Below the pieces are notes generated by a model. The model did no database searches, was not told where the DNA came from, and saw nothing but the letters and a program-made list of their open reading frames with translations. From Cyanobacteria bacterium P01_D01_bin.156 (GTDB lineage Bacteria > Cyanobacteriota > Cyanobacteriia > Phormidesmidales > Phormidesmidaceae): a stretch of DNA of 17,570 nucleotides. Location: assembly GCA_039024555.1 (NCBI GenBank), contig JBCCQQ010000094.1, positions 1 to 17,570 on the forward strand, given 5' to 3'. Each line of letters starts with the position of its first letter. Positions within the stretch are counted from its first letter, which is position 1. The translations under genes were made by a program, and so were the position numbers. Shown one piece after another: positions 16,363-17,570 of the stretch.

Positions 16363-17452
16363 CCACAATTCCCCGTTTGGTCGTAGTAGCATACCGGCTG
16401 CTGAGACAGTGCCTGAAAACCCCATTGTTGCCGCGCGTAAACAGGCTGCTATTTATTGCTTAAAACAAGTAATAGAGCCCACCCTTGACAACAATATTGT
16501 GGATTTGGGGATGGTGCGCAACCTACGGATAGTAGACAATTACGTCTACTTAAGGCTGTATGTGGGCTCTCATCAACGGGCTCTAAAGGACCAGGCCCAG
16601 TTAACCCTAGGGGATTTAGACTGGTGCCAAAAAGCCTATATACAGGTTTGCACCATTCCCGGAGTACGCACTACCTTGGCGGTCTCTAGCGGTAAAGGCG
16701 GGGTGGGAAAATCCACCACCGCTGTAAACTTAGCCGCTGCCCTGACAAAAACGGGGGCAAAAGTGGGGATATTGGATGCAGATATCTACGGCCCTAATGT
16801 GCCCCAGATGTTGGGGTTATCTCAAACCGCTGTTGAGGTAATCGATACCCCAGAGGGGCAACGGTTTAAGCCCATGGAGGCCCATGGCATAAAAGTAATG
16901 TCGGTGGGGTTACTCGCAGAGGCCGATCATCCATTAGCGTGGCGCGGCCCCGTACTCCATAAAGTGATTACCCAGTTTATTCAGGATGTGGACTGGGGAG
17001 AGCTGGATTATCTCTTAATTGATTTACCGCCAGGTACGGGAGATGCCCAAATTACGATTATCCAAGAGAGTCCTATTTGTGGTGTGGTCATGGTAACAAC
17101 GCCACAGCAGGTAGCGGTTTCCGATGTGCGGCGCAGCATTTACATGTTTCGCCAGGTAGGGGTGCCGGTACTGGGGCTGGTGGAAAATATGAGCTATTTG
17201 ATCTGTAGCTGTTGTGGAGAGCGCACCTCCATTTTTGGTAGTGGGGGCGGAGAACAAATGATGGCAGAACTGAAGGTGCCTCTGCTAGGGCAGGTGCCGA
17301 TTGATCCGCAGATTTGTCAGAGAGGCGATACAGGTCAGCCGTTACCTTTAGCAGATGCACAGGCTCCTTTATCAAAGGTGTTTGAGGCCATTGCCATAGG
17401 GTTGAATAGCACTTTTTTACCAGTGTTATCTCAATCGGTACTTTCCCTGTAA
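16355..17452 (+). CDS. mrp: Mrp/ApbC/NBP35 family Fe-S cluster carrier ATPase with an N-terminal DUF59-like domain
   Basis: SGKGGVGKST, DADIYGP, WRGP, DLPPGTGD, VTTPQ and ENMSYLICSCC (CxxC). Overlaps the HEAT gene end by 8 nt, suggesting translational coupling. Confidence 0.92.
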   Translation: MPNHNSPFGRSSIPAAETVPENPIVAARKQAAIYCLKQVIEPTLDNNIVDLGMVRNLRIVDNYVYLRLYVGSHQRALKDQAQLTLGDLDWCQKAYIQVCTIPGVRTTLAVSSGKGGVGKSTTAVNLAAALTKTGAKVGILDADIYGPNVPQMLGLSQTAVEVIDTPEGQRFKPMEAHGIKVMSVGLLAEADHPLAWRGPVLHKVITQFIQDVDWGELDYLLIDLPPGTGDAQITIIQESPICGVVMVTTPQQVAVSDVRRSIYMFRQVGVPVLGLVENMSYLICSCCGERTSIFGSGGGEQMMAELKVPLLGQVPIDPQICQRGDTGQPLPLADAQAPLSKVFEAIAIGLNSTFLPVLSQSVLSL

Positions 17453-17501
17453 GGCGATTGCACAAAAATAAAATTCCAAGCAGGATTTTATTAAGCAACG
17501 T

Positions 17502-17541
17502 CCTCCCCTTAACAAGGGGAGGTGCCGTAGGCGGAGGGGTC
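17502..17541. repeat. Single-arm copy of the REP-like element
   Basis: Hairpin CCTCCCCTT-AAC-AAGGGGAGG overlapping GGTGCCGTAGGCGG (17521-17534), which is identical to 940-953. Confidence 0.8.
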
Positions 17542-17570
17542 TTCGGCCATTTGCGCTAGTTTTCCAGACC

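Noticed and set aside
371..17498. Remaining short ORF-track entries nested in or antisense to the called genes (e.g. 1201-1428, 3657-4073, 6590-6943, 13811-14137, 17088-17498)
   Set aside because: Shadow ORFs overlapping well-supported genes, with no independent motifs.

Overview
Cyanobacterial chromosomal window (about 10 HIP1 GCGATCGC octamers, NtcA-type boxes, cyanobacterial REP-like hairpins). After the 3' part of an ABCB-type exporter comes a ~16.4 kb nutrient-scavenging cluster: (i) a TauABC-like ABC importer on the minus strand, divergent from an allophanate-hydrolase-like amidase that lacks the C-domain and has a Tyr-to-Phe change in the substrate-anchoring motif; (ii) a second NitT/TauT-type ABC importer whose binding protein has a NosL-like extra domain, followed by a YeiH/PSE-family putative sulfate/sulfite exporter; (iii) a LysR regulator fused to a cytoplasmic paralog of that binding protein; (iv) an APS-reductase-like (AprA/AsfA) flavoprotein, a 2x[4Fe-4S] ferredoxin (AprB/AsfB-like), a HEAT-repeat protein and an Mrp/ApbC Fe-S carrier. 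NtcA-like boxes lie in all three promoter regions, and a shared LysR-type operator lies in at least two. Best inference (untested): a nitrogen-starvation system that imports an N+S compound, for example one with an N-S bond such as sulfamate or an acyl/carbamoyl-sulfamate, cleaves it reductively, keeps the nitrogen and exports the sulfur. All family calls come from motif recognition, not database searches.
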